A stretch of 62,001 bases of DNA, filler included, from Candidatus Fermentibacterota bacterium (GTDB lineage: Bacteria; JAFGKV01): assembly GCA_016928395.1 (NCBI GenBank). It is 4 parts of 4 records of this genome, joined end to end, with 100 filler letters (N's around TTAATTAATTAA, not from the genome) between each part and the next. Parts side by side here need not be neighbours in the genome. Positions count along the whole stretch, not along the records: positions 45,478 to 62,001 come from JAFGKV010000114.1; 3 more parts are not named here. The stretch is one strand, 5' to 3'. The position numbers were made by a program, and so were the translations under genes. The notes beneath the pieces were generated by a model that was given only the letters and a program-made list of their open reading frames with translations, made no database searches and had not been told where the DNA came from. Positions 60,623 through 62,001 of this stretch are shown here, piece by piece. The stretch's first letter is position 1. Each line of letters begins with the position of its first letter.

Positions 60623-62001
60623 AAAGAGCGCAGATGGTCACATCCCCGCGGATTGTGGGGATACTTGCCGCTTTGCTGGTGCTGCTGGCGGCCGTGTGGT
60701 TCCGTGCCGGGATATACCGGGCAGCGGTATGGGAGAGCGAGATGGCCGTGGTGGCAGAAGCGGGGCGGGTGCCCGCCGACGGGCCGCACCTCCCGCATCT
60801 GGAGTATCAGAGCCCGGCTCACAGAGCATTGCTTAGGATAACCGACGCCGAGGGAGCGGCCATCATGCGCGCGAGAAACGTCTCGTGGGTCCTGGCGGTG
60901 GCGGCGGTTGGCGCGATGGTGGCGGCTGGATGGTCGTTGTTCTCTCCCCTGGAGGGGCTTGCCGCCGGGTGTGTCGCGCTGGGATCACTCCGCGTGCTCC
61001 AGGCTGCCCAGTCCGCCACGCCCGACGCATCGCTCATACTCTGGTACGCCGTCACTGCAGCCATATTCGGCGCGGCGTTGCGCACCTCGTCGTGGCCGGT
61101 TTGGATCTCCTTGGGGGTATCTGGACTCGTTGCCGCACTTCTGGGATTCCAGTCAATCCCCCTCCTGATCGCGATAGCAGCGATAGGGGGGGCGCTCATC
61201 TCTCAGCGCACGCATAGAGACGGCACTGAGCTCGAGCCCCCGGTATGGCAGTACGTGGCGGCCGTGCCGGTGCCTGTTGCAGCAGGTGCATTGTGGTCCA
61301 TCACCTGGGTCCTGGCGAGCCGTGACGCCAATCCTATCATCGCCAAGGCCCCTCGGATGAGTCTGCAGTATCTCGAGTTCCTTCACCGCTACCTATTCGG
61401 ACATGCGGGGTGGGGAGTGTGGATACTGGGGATTGTCTCCCTGTTGGGGATCATCGGGAGCCTCAGAAAACGGGTTACCAAGGTCGACGATCTGCGCCGC
61501 GTCTACGTCGACAAACGCTCACGGCGGCCCATGGTGTTCCTGCTTCTATGGCTGGCCGTGGGAATCCCCGCCATCAACCTGCTCCTTTTCAACGCACGCC
61601 GCCCCCAGGATCCTGCGACACTCAACAGCCTCTTCGTGCCGTTGGCCCTGGTAGCTGCCCGGGGTCTCGCGCTCCTCGCTGAGATTGTGGTCAATGGCAC
61701 TCGCCGTCTTGCCGGTGTCAGGATTCACATGCTGCCGGCTGTTGTGGTGATCGCCGTCGCTGTGGGATGGTTCGGCCAAGCTACCGCCCGACGCTCATAC
61801 GCAGGCTACCGGATGACGCCCTCCCACGAGAACGCCTGGAGCCAGGCCATTGACTTCTTGGCTCCCCGCAGTCTCCTGGGACGCGCGGCCACGTTGGCCC
61901 CTCCATGGGCCGCCGGGCTGATCAGAGCTCATCTCGGCCAGGCGCTTTCTGGCGTGGATGTGGTGGTCCCAGCCCTGGGAAGCGAGGTGGATAGCCTGGT
62001 C
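60619..62001 (+). CDS. Polytopic membrane protein, probable GT-C-type transferase (runs off window)
   Basis: GTG overlaps the upstream TGA; frame appears open to the window end (MVTSPRIVGILAALLVLLAAVWF...); many hydrophobic segments; follows the GT cluster. Confidence 0.6.
   Translation, partial: MKRAQMVTSPRIVGILAALLVLLAAVWFRAGIYRAAVWESEMAVVAEAGRVPADGPHLPHLEYQSPAHRALLRITDAEGAAIMRARNVSWVLAVAAVGAMVAAGWSLFSPLEGLAAGCVALGSLRVLQAAQSATPDASLILWYAVTAAIFGAALRTSSWPVWISLGVSGLVAALLGFQSIPLLIAIAAIGGALISQRTHRDGTELEPPVWQYVAAVPVPVAAGALWSITWVLASRDANPIIAKAPRMSLQYLEFLHRYLFGHAGWGVWILGIVSLLGIIGSLRKRVTKVDDLRRVYVDKRSRRPMVFLLLWLAVGIPAINLLLFNARRPQDPATLNSLFVPLALVAARGLALLAEIVVNGTRRLAGVRIHMLPAVVVIAVAVGWFGQATARRSYAGYRMTPSHENAWSQAIDFLAPRSLLGRAATLAPPWAAGLIRAHLGQALSGVDVVVPALGSEVDSLV

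Overview
This is a GC-rich bacterial sequence made of four contigs joined by artificial 100-nt N/TTAATTAATTAA linkers (6508-6607, 37470-37569, 45378-45477), so gene neighbourhoods across those points are not biological. The rplM-rpsI-rpsB-tsf order, TonB, and an S8 protease with an FlgD/T9SS-like tail suggest an FCB-superphylum diderm (inference). Contig 2 carries rplM-rpsI-rpsB-tsf-pyrH-frr-uppS-cdsA-dxr-rseP-rsmD-coaD-pta, a GH63/glycosyltransferase operon, tonB, an S8 peptidase, a stand-alone murF and two convergent paralogous outer-membrane-like proteins. Contigs 3-4 carry metabolic, signalling and envelope genes (SpoIIE-type phosphatase, osmC, elbB, ppiD, murE-murD, macrodomain, GroES-like, DUF362, GT4 cluster). 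The most unusual region is contig 1 (1-6507). Between two type II toxin-antitoxin pairs lies an apparently 5'-truncated 743-aa protein ending in a caspase-like His-Gly/Ala-Cys (DUF6345-like) domain. It is followed by an exported TPR-like protein, an orphan copy of only the protease's C-terminal tip (sharing an identical 23-nt anchor), a second divergent TPR-like paralogue, and a fragment homologous to the protease's N-terminal region. This layout resembles a polymorphic toxin/orphan-immunity cassette array built around a caspase-like peptidase. All family assignments come from motif recognition by eye; no database searches were run.
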